A DNA stretch of 64,000 nt, taken from positions 32,001 through 96,000 of the IMG/VR virus record IMGVR_UViG_3300021964_000023; one strand, written 5' to 3'. The stretch is from a virus. Under the pieces are notes generated by a model. That model searched no databases and was not told the DNA's origin. It saw only the letters and a list, made by a program, of their open reading frames with translations. Below are positions 29,477-38,493 of the stretch, piece after piece (within the stretch, counting starts at the first letter, position 1; the number at the start of each line of letters is the position of its first letter). The position numbers and the translations under genes are program-made.

Positions 29477-30861
29477 TGGAGTCTATTGAGCACACGATTC
29501 TAAAGAATCTTTTATATAATGAAGAATACTCCCGCAAGGTAATCCCCTTTATCAAACCTGAATACTTCCAAGAGGTGTCTCAGAAAATTACGTTTGAGGA
29601 GATTGTTACCTTCATCACAACGTACAATACTCAGGTTACAGTTGAAGCACTCCTCATTGAGATTTCTAATAGGAAGGATATCAATGAAGGTATGCTCAAA
29701 GAGTTGCAGATTCTTATTACTAATTTGGAAGATAGTCCTGCAGATCTTCAGTGGTTGTTTGATACTACTGAGAAGTGGTGCCGTGATAGGGCAATCTATC
29801 TTGCTTTGATGGACTCTATTAACATTGCTGATGGCAATGATGAGAAGAAGAATCGAGATGCTATCCCATCTATTCTTAGTGAAGCATTGGCAGTCTCTTT
29901 TGACAATAATATTGGTCACGATTACTTTGCAAATGCTGATGAGCGATTCGACTTCTATCACCAGAAGCAGGAAAAAATCCCCTTCGACTTGGAATACTTT
30001 AACAAGATTACCAAGGGAGGTCTTGTTAATAAGAGTCTTAATGTCGCTCTTGCTGGGACAGGCGTCGGTAAGTCTTTGTTCATGTGCCATATGGCTAGCG
30101 CCTGTCTGCTTAACGGACATAGCGTCTTATACATTACAATGGAGATGGCAGAGGAGAAAATTGCTGAACGTATTGATGCAAACCTCCTCAATGTTCCCAT
30201 ACAGGAGATTGCTGATCTTCCTAAAGTGATGTTTGACAGCAAAGTCACAAAGTTGTCACAAAAAACACAGGGTTCTCTTATAATTAAAGAGTATCCAACT
30301 GCGGGCGCACATAGTGGACACTTTAAGGCACTTCTTAATGAGCTTGCACTTAAGAAGTCATTTAGACCTGATATTATTTTCATTGATTACCTTAATATAT
30401 GTGCTTCCTCTCGGTATCGCCAGAGCGGCACTGTCAATTCATATTCTTATATTAAGTCAATTGCAGAAGAGCTTAGAGGATTGGCTGTTGAAGCAAACGT
30501 CCCTATCGTTTCTGCCACGCAGACCACTCGTTCTGGTTATGGTAGCAGTGATGTTGACCTTACTGACACTTCTGAATCCTTTGGTCTCCCTGCTACTGCT
30601 GATCTTATGTTTGCCCTTATTAGCACAGATGAATTGGAAGAACTCGGGCAGATTATGGTGAAGCAGTTAAAGAATCGATACAATGATATTTCTATTAATA
30701 AGAGATTTGTTGTTGGTATTGATCGTGCTAAAATGAGACTGTATGATTGTGAGCAGTCTGCACAGAATGATGTCCTTGACAGTGGTCAAGACGAAGAGTA
30801 TGAGTTTGATGAGAAGAAGTCTTCTCGCAAAGAAAAGTTTGGATCCTTCAAGTTTGATTGA
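29476..30861 (+). CDS. gp41: Replicative DNA helicase
   Basis: AGTGVGKS, IIKEYPT, IDYLNI, SATQTTR, SESFGLP. Confidence 0.97.
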   Translation: MESIEHTILKNLLYNEEYSRKVIPFIKPEYFQEVSQKITFEEIVTFITTYNTQVTVEALLIEISNRKDINEGMLKELQILITNLEDSPADLQWLFDTTEKWCRDRAIYLALMDSINIADGNDEKKNRDAIPSILSEALAVSFDNNIGHDYFANADERFDFYHQKQEKIPFDLEYFNKITKGGLVNKSLNVALAGTGVGKSLFMCHMASACLLNGHSVLYITMEMAEEKIAERIDANLLNVPIQEIADLPKVMFDSKVTKLSQKTQGSLIIKEYPTAGAHSGHFKALLNELALKKSFRPDIIFIDYLNICASSRYRQSGTVNSYSYIKSIAEELRGLAVEANVPIVSATQTTRSGYGSSDVDLTDTSESFGLPATADLMFALISTDELEELGQIMVKQLKNRYNDISINKRFVVGIDRAKMRLYDCEQSAQNDVLDSGQDEEYEFDEKKSSRKEKFGSFKFD

Positions 30862-30863
30862 TT

Positions 30864-31412
30864 ATGAAGAGCATTAACCCAGAACTAATCGGTGATTTTA
30901 AATCCATTGATTACCCTGCACGCAGACAGTTCCCTAGCGATGAGATTGTAGAGCGTTGGAAAAATCTTGGTCATCTGTATGTCAATTATACTGGACTTCT
31001 TCGTGAAGAGTATCGCGGGGTTCCTGAATGGAGTCATGAGATCGTAAAGGTTCTTAGGAAGAAATATATTCCAGTTGGTGATAAGTGGTACTTTATGGAT
31101 AAGACTTCTTTGTCACTCTATAACATGCCCCCAGGCACAATTATGCCAGAGCATGAGGATACTTATCCAAGGTTCCGAGAGATCTATGGAGAACCAGACA
31201 TCAATAAAATTTGTAGAGTTCTAATTTTTCTTGAAGACTGGAAGACGGGACACTATTTTGAACTGGATCGTCAACCATATACCAAATGGAAGAAGGGTGA
31301 TTATCTTTATTGGACTGGAGATACTACTCACCTTGCAGCAAACCTTGGTAAAGAGAATAGATATACTATGCAAATCACGGCGACTTTAAAATGCGGAAGC
31401 GAAGAGCAGTAG
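30864..31412 (+). CDS. 2OG-Fe(II)/cupin oxygenase-like protein
   Basis: PPGTIMPEHED, HLAANLG..RYTMQIT. Confidence 0.7.
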   Translation: MKSINPELIGDFKSIDYPARRQFPSDEIVERWKNLGHLYVNYTGLLREEYRGVPEWSHEIVKVLRKKYIPVGDKWYFMDKTSLSLYNMPPGTIMPEHEDTYPRFREIYGEPDINKICRVLIFLEDWKTGHYFELDRQPYTKWKKGDYLYWTGDTTHLAANLGKENRYTMQITATLKCGSEEQ

Positions 31413-32104
31413 TAGATGATCTTGTAGAGCAGTATGGTAACTACTGCTCTACTTTTACTTTTAAGTTAAGATCTGGATTAGAAGGACAAATCCATAAAGA
31501 AGGATTTATTAATTGCTTCTGGCATAAAACTAGTAAATTAGTTTATATGCATATTGATAAGTGTGGAAGTACATCAGTGTCCTCTGCACTAAAGTTACAT
31601 TGTCCTAACTTTTTGTCTCTTGATTTATTAAAGACCGACAAAGATCCAGATTACCTTGCAAAATATTTTGTTGAGAGTGGTCACACATTTTTTGCTGTTA
31701 CTAGAGATCCAGTCCAACGGTGGATCTCTGGATTAAATGAATTTATGTGTAGATATAAACCACCAATTGATTGGGTCATAAAACAAATTGAGAATGGTAA
31801 ATATATTTTTGATGAACACACTGGACCTCAAACAGCATTTTTGAGATTGTGTTTGGAGAATGAAGGAAAGTTGAAACTTATTAAATTGGATGGTGATTTA
31901 TCTACAAAAGTAAATTTATTTGTAAAAAATCATACGTCAGATTATAAACCATTTGAAGTGCCTCACCTTAGAGATTCAAAATATTTCACCCCCAATTTCA
32001 AACCACTCTGTGCTAAGATATATACAGAATACGTAGAACCTAATAACAAAAGGTTTTGTGATCTTTATGAATCGGACTATGAGTTATACGCAAAAGGTGT
32101 CTGA
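31391..32104 (+). CDS. PAPS-dependent sulfotransferase (Sulfotransfer_2-like)
   Basis: HIDKCGSTSV (5'-PSB), RDPVQRWISG (3'-PB), HTGPQ. Confidence 0.8.
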   Translation: MRKRRAVVDDLVEQYGNYCSTFTFKLRSGLEGQIHKEGFINCFWHKTSKLVYMHIDKCGSTSVSSALKLHCPNFLSLDLLKTDKDPDYLAKYFVESGHTFFAVTRDPVQRWISGLNEFMCRYKPPIDWVIKQIENGKYIFDEHTGPQTAFLRLCLENEGKLKLIKLDGDLSTKVNLFVKNHTSDYKPFEVPHLRDSKYFTPNFKPLCAKIYTEYVEPNNKRFCDLYESDYELYAKGV

Positions 32105-32693
32105 CCCATTTCATGAGGTTGAAAAATTTGAGGACACTATCGCAAACTTTTATGGCGCAAAGTATGGAATCGCAACAGACTGTTGTACTCATGCTATTGA
32201 GTTGTGTTTAAGATATGAAGGATATGATAAGGTAACAATACCAGAACGCACCTATGTCTCCATTCCAATGACCTGCATGAAGATTGGTCTTGAATGGAGA
32301 TTTGATAATATTGAGTGGTATGATCAATACCATCTTGGTGGTACTAATATTATTGATGGTGCAGTTTTATGGAGACCAAATTCATATATCTCTGGGACTT
32401 ATTTGTGCTTGAGTTTTCAATATAGGAAGCATCTATCTTTGGGTAGAGGTGGAATGATCCTGACAGATGATAAGTACGCTGCGGAACAGTTGCGAATGAT
32501 GACCTATGATGGACGTAAGAAGTACGTTCCTTGGGGAGATCAAAACATTAGTGTGATGGGGTATCATTATTATATGACCCCAGAGACTGCAAAAAAAGGT
32601 ATTGAGGTATTCTGGAAAGTCAAAGACTCATTTCCTCTTATCAAGGACTATAGATCTTACCCTTATCTTCCTAATATGAGTGTATTCAAATGA
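32079..32693 (+). CDS. Short DegT/DnrJ/EryC1/StrS-family PLP aminotransferase
   Basis: CTHAIEL, IIDGA, SFQYRKHLSLGRGGMILTDD, GYHYYM. Confidence 0.8.
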   Translation: MSYTQKVSDPFHEVEKFEDTIANFYGAKYGIATDCCTHAIELCLRYEGYDKVTIPERTYVSIPMTCMKIGLEWRFDNIEWYDQYHLGGTNIIDGAVLWRPNSYISGTYLCLSFQYRKHLSLGRGGMILTDDKYAAEQLRMMTYDGRKKYVPWGDQNISVMGYHYYMTPETAKKGIEVFWKVKDSFPLIKDYRSYPYLPNMSVFK

Positions 32694-33340
32694 AAATTGC
32701 AAGAATTGATTTACCCAATCCTGGAGTTTTGCAAGCAGATTTAAGTCAAGAGGAAATTGATAATCTGTGGAAACTTATTCATAAGAATTCCCCAAAGACT
32801 GCAGAGTGGGATGAAAATAAATTATTGAATATTGATGTTGAGTTTAAACAGTGGACTATAACTGATGATGGATCATTTAAACAAAATGTTTTGATGCCAC
32901 TAGTTCAAGAGTATTTGGATCAATTTGGAACTCCATTTCGTCATAAGACAAGTAATTATCATGATCTTGTTTTAAATAGATTTTGGACTAGAGCATCTAC
33001 TGAGGGAGACTATCAAAGTTTACATGACCACGAGGGCATCTTTACTTTTGTTGTATGGATGAAAATTCCTTTTGATGGAGAAAAAGAGAACACAGTCCAA
33101 TCTGGATTTAGACCATATGCCAGCGATTTTGGACTAGTGTACCCAAATACATGTGGAACTTTAATTAAGCAAAACTGGACTTTAACTCCAGAAATGGAGG
33201 GAACTATGCTTTTATTTCCCAGTGATATAAATCATATTGTTTATCCTCACTTTACGACTAAAGAGTACAGGATATCTGTTGCTGGTGATATTTCATTAAA
33301 TAGTCATATTTCATCTGATGTAATTAATCCAGCATTATGA
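32690..33340 (+). CDS. 2OG-Fe(II) oxygenase-like protein
   Basis: HDH..LFPSDINHIVYP..RISVAGD. Confidence 0.75.
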   Translation: MKIARIDLPNPGVLQADLSQEEIDNLWKLIHKNSPKTAEWDENKLLNIDVEFKQWTITDDGSFKQNVLMPLVQEYLDQFGTPFRHKTSNYHDLVLNRFWTRASTEGDYQSLHDHEGIFTFVVWMKIPFDGEKENTVQSGFRPYASDFGLVYPNTCGTLIKQNWTLTPEMEGTMLLFPSDINHIVYPHFTTKEYRISVAGDISLNSHISSDVINPAL

Positions 33341-34191
33341 ATAAACTGAAGGGACTTCCTCCCATAATGTACTTGAACTTAGATCATAGGACTGATAGGA
33401 AGGAACATATCGAAGGTCAATTTAAAAAGTGGGGGATCACTGATTTTACTCGGTGGTCTGCTTCTAGGTTTTCTACTAAAAAAATTGATGAGTGGGGACA
33501 TAAGTTGGACTTAATGCTTCTCGCTCCATCTGATGCATCAATCGTCATGAATGAATTTACAATGATGATTGAATGGTATGAATCTGGAATATCAGAGAAC
33601 CTTCTCATCATTCAGGATGATCTTTGTTTTGATCTTGTTGAGTATTGGCCATTTGATTGGGAAGATGTAATGAAAGCACTTCCGTATAATTGGGAAATTG
33701 TGCAGTTTTATCATTGCCATGACTATGAAATAAAAATGCATCTTAATCCTAGAGAGTGGCATAGTTCCTCTGCTGCCATCTTTATGGTTAACAGATCTTT
33801 TGTTGAGAAGTTGATGAAGATTCATCTACAACCAGATGGATCATTTAAGTTAGATCAAAGTCTTAGAGATCTTCAAGTTCCTAGAGAATCGTATAGTAGT
33901 GATGACTTTTTGATTTATCAGGTGGGTAAGTCTTATTCATTGCCATTACTAACTCTAGATCCAAAATTAGCAGTGGCACAAGATAATAAGCAGCAATCTG
34001 ATGATGATTATGATCCAATCATTGCTGTTTATCATAATAAAATATATGATATTCTTGCCACCTCAAGCATCAAGAAATGGTGGGAAGAGAAGAGTTCTAG
34101 ATATACTGCTGACGATATTTTATCCTGGGGAGGTGCAATTCACGAGACAATGGTAATGAAGTTGCCAAGGTATGATCATATAGCGCCATGA
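33337..34191 (+). CDS. GT25-like glycosyltransferase 1
   Basis: YLNLDHRTDRK, IIQDD, LPYNWEIVQ. Confidence 0.65.
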   Translation: MNKLKGLPPIMYLNLDHRTDRKEHIEGQFKKWGITDFTRWSASRFSTKKIDEWGHKLDLMLLAPSDASIVMNEFTMMIEWYESGISENLLIIQDDLCFDLVEYWPFDWEDVMKALPYNWEIVQFYHCHDYEIKMHLNPREWHSSSAAIFMVNRSFVEKLMKIHLQPDGSFKLDQSLRDLQVPRESYSSDDFLIYQVGKSYSLPLLTLDPKLAVAQDNKQQSDDDYDPIIAVYHNKIYDILATSSIKKWWEEKSSRYTADDILSWGGAIHETMVMKLPRYDHIAP

Positions 34192-35033
34192 GTAAAATAA
34201 AATTTGAGACTAGTGTAAGATTTAAAGGTTTACCTAAAATCATCTATAGAAATTACGATAGTAATATAGATGGTAAAGCGTTTATGGAGAATCAATTCTC
34301 ACACTGGGTTATTGATGATTATCATAGGCACTCTAATAAGTATCATGAAGATAACTATTCTGAGTGGGAAGATTTAATTCTTGATGATCAACTTCCAATA
34401 ACACCAAAAGAATCTGCATATTGCTTAAATGTTATTGACTCTATAGTTGAATGGTATGATTCAGAATCATCTGAAGTGTGTATTTTTGCAGATGACTGTG
34501 TTGATTTTTCTGTGTCTGATGATTGGATGTTTGATTGGCAATTTTTAACTCATCATCTTCCTTATAATTGGGATTGTATTCAGTTTTATGCATCTCCAAA
34601 TAGATCAATTAAGATGCATCTTCACCCTTGGATTGATCAAAATAAATCACAGCGATGCTGCATGGTTACTAGGAGTTTTGCAAAGCGTTTAAAAAAGTTT
34701 CATTTGATTGATGGTAAATATAAACTATCATACCCATCACCAAATAGATCTTTATTGTTTACTGAATTTGGATCTCTTGATTCATTCTTTTATGATCTTG
34801 GAATAACATATACTCTTCCTATATTTGCATTAAATACTAAAGGTGAATTTAGTCATACCGAAAAAATATCATCGGATGCTATTAGATATTGGTGGGAGAA
34901 TAAATCACCAGTGTTCTCAAACTTTGAATTCTTTCACTACAATAAGGGAGACAAAGAGTGGAAAATGGAAGTTCAGTTTGATTCTGATGGAGTTTATATG
35001 GATCCTATGGAAGGTATAATGATATGGATTTAA
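34188..35033 (+). CDS. GT25-like glycosyltransferase 2 (divergent)
   Basis: FMENQF, IFADD, LPYNWDCIQ. Confidence 0.55.
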   Translation: MSKIKFETSVRFKGLPKIIYRNYDSNIDGKAFMENQFSHWVIDDYHRHSNKYHEDNYSEWEDLILDDQLPITPKESAYCLNVIDSIVEWYDSESSEVCIFADDCVDFSVSDDWMFDWQFLTHHLPYNWDCIQFYASPNRSIKMHLHPWIDQNKSQRCCMVTRSFAKRLKKFHLIDGKYKLSYPSPNRSLLFTEFGSLDSFFYDLGITYTLPIFALNTKGEFSHTEKISSDAIRYWWENKSPVFSNFEFFHYNKGDKEWKMEVQFDSDGVYMDPMEGIMIWI

Positions 35034-35929
35034 ATAATAAACTAAAGGGATTTCCAAAAGTTCACTTCTTCAATCTTGACAATAGGAATGATAGAAGGGA
35101 ATGGATGGTTGATCAGTTTGATTACTATGGTATTGAGTATGAACGTATCTCTGGAACAAAATATCTTGCTTCTGAAAGTAGTAAGTGGAAACATCTAATC
35201 AAAGATATTGAAGATTACAAACTTCTAGTTCCTATTGCAGCTAATGCTGTATCTCATCTTGATTTTTTAAAGAGGTGGTTTAAAGAGTCTAATGATCCAT
35301 ATGTTCTTCTAATGGAGGATGATTATGATATTAGACTGATTGACTATTGGCATTTTGATTGGCAGACAGTGCTTGATAGACTACCTTATGATTGGGACTG
35401 CCTTCAAATGGGATTTGAAAATCCAGATGGAATGAGATTCCATTTGCATCCTATTGAAGCAGCACATGATTTTGGTCCTGTCCTTTTAAGAAGATCATTT
35501 GTTGAGAAGTTATTGGATCTTCATTGTGTCGGAGATCAATACAAGTTAGTAAATACTGTTGCTAATGCTGCATGGAATAGGCAATCTGATGTTGCTGGTT
35601 CTGGAACTGTTGATTACTTTATGGTTCATACTGGAAGAACCTACTGTTTGCCTTTGATTACTATTAATGCAAACTTTGGTAGTTTTGAAAATAATAGTAT
35701 TATTCAAAAATTCTATAGGAGTGAGGGAGATATTCTTGCCAGGAACACCCAATACTTTTGGTGGCAACATGAGAGAGATCGATTTACTTTAGATGAATTT
35801 TTTACCTATGGTACTAGGAAGCATGATAGTATGGTTCTAACACCTAGTAATTACCGTACATTTGATATCACTGGGAAGTCATATAAATTATATGGGGAAT
35901 CATACCTTGATTATTTTAGAGGAACATGA
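35024..35929 (+). CDS. GT25-like glycosyltransferase 3
   Basis: NLDNRNDRR, RISG, SH, LLMEDD, LPYDWDCLQMG. Confidence 0.72.
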   Translation: MDLNNKLKGFPKVHFFNLDNRNDRREWMVDQFDYYGIEYERISGTKYLASESSKWKHLIKDIEDYKLLVPIAANAVSHLDFLKRWFKESNDPYVLLMEDDYDIRLIDYWHFDWQTVLDRLPYDWDCLQMGFENPDGMRFHLHPIEAAHDFGPVLLRRSFVEKLLDLHCVGDQYKLVNTVANAAWNRQSDVAGSGTVDYFMVHTGRTYCLPLITINANFGSFENNSIIQKFYRSEGDILARNTQYFWWQHERDRFTLDEFFTYGTRKHDSMVLTPSNYRTFDITGKSYKLYGESYLDYFRGT

Positions 35930-36729
35930 ATTTATACGATAAGTTTGCTGGGGTTCCTACCTTCTATTACTTTAATCTAGATTCAAATACTCCATTGAAA
36001 AAGCACATGGAGAGAAATCTAGATAACTTAAAGATAAAGAATTATCAGAGGGTATCTACTTCAAAGTACACAAACAGTAATGTAAGTGAGTGGAAAGATT
36101 TATTGGTCAATAGATCTAAGTATAAACTTCCAATCGCTACCGCAGCATATTCAATATCAATTCTTGAATTCTTGAAGCATTGGTATGAGAATACTGAAGA
36201 AGAAACTTTAATAATAAGTAAGGATACTATTGACTTTGGGTTAGTTGAACACTTCCATTTTGATTGGGAGTTTTTAATGAAAAAGCTTCCCTATGATTGG
36301 GACTGCTTTATCTTGGGATTTGAGAATCTAAATTATATCCCATTTTACTTACATCAAATTATGCCAGCCCACACTTATAATACTGCTCTTCTTAATAGAA
36401 GGTATGTGAAGAAGTTGATCAAACTTCATTGTGTTGGTGATAAGTATAATCTATCAAACTTTAGTGCCAACAAAAACTTTGGACTCCATTCTGGAACTCC
36501 AGATTATTTTATTGGTCATTGCGGTAAAACTTATTGCTTACCAATGTTCCCAAATCATACTGATTTCTTTGATAAAAAGACAAAGAAGTATATTTTGGTT
36601 AAGGGATGCAGATTGGCGTATTATGATTGGTGGAGAACTGATAAGAAAAGATTTAGTATGGATGATATATTTACGTATGGAAAAACCAATGATAGAGGGA
36701 TGTTGAAAAAAATATCGAAGTACGTTTAA
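35926..36729 (+). CDS. GT25-like glycosyltransferase 4 (EDD motif degenerate)
   Basis: YFNLD, SKDT in place of EDD, LPYDWDC, GKTYCLP. Confidence 0.55.
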   Translation: MNLYDKFAGVPTFYYFNLDSNTPLKKHMERNLDNLKIKNYQRVSTSKYTNSNVSEWKDLLVNRSKYKLPIATAAYSISILEFLKHWYENTEEETLIISKDTIDFGLVEHFHFDWEFLMKKLPYDWDCFILGFENLNYIPFYLHQIMPAHTYNTALLNRRYVKKLIKLHCVGDKYNLSNFSANKNFGLHSGTPDYFIGHCGKTYCLPMFPNHTDFFDKKTKKYILVKGCRLAYYDWWRTDKKRFSMDDIFTYGKTNDRGMLKKISKYV

Positions 36730-36730
36730 A

Positions 36731-37531
36731 ATGGATCTGCGAAACAAGTTAAAAAACTTCCCACACATTCACTATGTAAATCTCGATAATCGTACTGATC
36801 GTAGAGAATACATGGAGGAGCAGTTTAATTATTGGAAGTTACCATTCACTAGAATATCAGGATCAAAATTTTTAGCATCAACTATCGAAGACTGGGTGTC
36901 CGATTATGTTGTTGGTACTGTCAAGGGAATACCTGCTTATGCCATTGGTAATGCAGTAACTCATCTTGAATTTATGAAGAATTGGATTCGGAATAGTGAT
37001 GATGATTATCTTCTTCTTATGGAAGATGATTATGATTTAACTCTCTTTGAATACTGGAATTTTGATTGGGATTATTTGATGTCTCGATTACCTTATGATT
37101 GGGACTGTCTTCAAATTGGGTTTGAATCTTCAGAGTTTATACCATTCTTCCTTCATCCAAAGTTGAGACATTCATATTTTGGTCCAGTAATTTTGCAGAG
37201 AGATTATGTTGAGAAGATACTACATCTTCATTGCTACAAGGATAAGTATAGATTCGATCATACGACTGCAATACGTGGTTTTAGTGGTAACTCAACTACT
37301 GTGGATTATTTTGTGGGTCACACTGGCAAGACGTATTGTATTCCGTTAATAACAACCAATGTTAAGTTGCCAAGTACAGAGTTTGGTCTTGACATAAAAC
37401 GCAAACACCACGAGAATTCTAGACATGCATATTATTATTGGTGGATGGCAAAGCACTTAAAATTCTCTTTGGATGATTTTTTTACTTTTGGAAAACGAAA
37501 TGATCACAAGATGGTGATTTTAACAGCATGA
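36731..37531 (+). CDS. GT25-like glycosyltransferase 5
   Basis: YVNLDNRTDRR, RISG, LLMEDD, LPYDWDCLQIG. Confidence 0.72.
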   Translation: MDLRNKLKNFPHIHYVNLDNRTDRREYMEEQFNYWKLPFTRISGSKFLASTIEDWVSDYVVGTVKGIPAYAIGNAVTHLEFMKNWIRNSDDDYLLLMEDDYDLTLFEYWNFDWDYLMSRLPYDWDCLQIGFESSEFIPFFLHPKLRHSYFGPVILQRDYVEKILHLHCYKDKYRFDHTTAIRGFSGNSTTVDYFVGHTGKTYCIPLITTNVKLPSTEFGLDIKRKHHENSRHAYYYWWMAKHLKFSLDDFFTFGKRNDHKMVILTA

Positions 37532-38493
37532 ACTCAAGAAACGAATGGGATAAACTTAAGAAGGTAATAGTTGGAGTTGCTGATTTTGCTCAGATACCTG
37601 AGATGGACAAAAGTCTCAGGACTATCAATTATGCAGATCGCTCTGATGTATCTTCGGTTAAAGTTGGACCTTATCCTCAACAAGTCATTGATGAGGCAAA
37701 TGAGGACCTTGAAATCTTCTGTGACTTTTTGCGCGGTGAAGATGTAGAGGTTCTAAGACCAAATAGAGAACCAACCGAATATTATAATTACTGCCCTAGA
37801 GATTCTGTGTTTATTCATGGTGATCTTGTATTGGCGACTCCGCAACCCTTGAGGTCAAGAGTTGGAAATTGGAGATCGTTTAAGCATCATCTTGAAAACG
37901 TTTTTGAGATGCCATGCTCTTACCATGATGGACTTTATAACGAAAAGTGTATTGGCAATCCAGACATTCTTGCATTGACTGAAGTTACACCAGCTTTTGA
38001 TGCTGCTAATGCAATTAGAGCAAATGGCGATGTGCTTTACTTGCAATCAAATAGTGGTAATGCTGCAGGAGCACATTTACTTCAGAAGTTATTAAATTGT
38101 GATGCACATGTATCTGTTGTTAAAGATATCTATACTTATGTGCATATAGATACTACAATTGCATTTTTACGAGAAGGATTGTTGATGGTTAATCCTACTA
38201 GAGTTACAGATCCTGGTAGTCAACTACCACATCCATTCAACACTTGGGATGTGATTAATGCACCAGATCCTATTGACATTGGATATTATCCTGGGTATAA
38301 TAATGCTTCGGAGTGGTGTAACATGAATTTGTTTAGTGTATCACCAAATTTGGTTGCTCTTGAAGAACATCAGCATCCAACTAGAGAGGTATTAGAAACA
38401 TATGGTATTGAGTGTGCTATGCTTCCCATGAGGCATCAAAGAACTCTTAGTGGAGGATTCCACTGTGTAACGTTAGATCTGGAGAGAGGATGA
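37528..38493 (+). CDS. Amidinotransferase (AGAT/StrB1 family)
   Basis: NEWDKLKKVIVG, CPRD, FDAAN, HIDTT, GGFHCVTLDL (Asp-His-Cys triad). Confidence 0.9.
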   Translation: MNSRNEWDKLKKVIVGVADFAQIPEMDKSLRTINYADRSDVSSVKVGPYPQQVIDEANEDLEIFCDFLRGEDVEVLRPNREPTEYYNYCPRDSVFIHGDLVLATPQPLRSRVGNWRSFKHHLENVFEMPCSYHDGLYNEKCIGNPDILALTEVTPAFDAANAIRANGDVLYLQSNSGNAAGAHLLQKLLNCDAHVSVVKDIYTYVHIDTTIAFLREGLLMVNPTRVTDPGSQLPHPFNTWDVINAPDPIDIGYYPGYNNASEWCNMNLFSVSPNLVALEEHQHPTREVLETYGIECAMLPMRHQRTLSGGFHCVTLDLERG

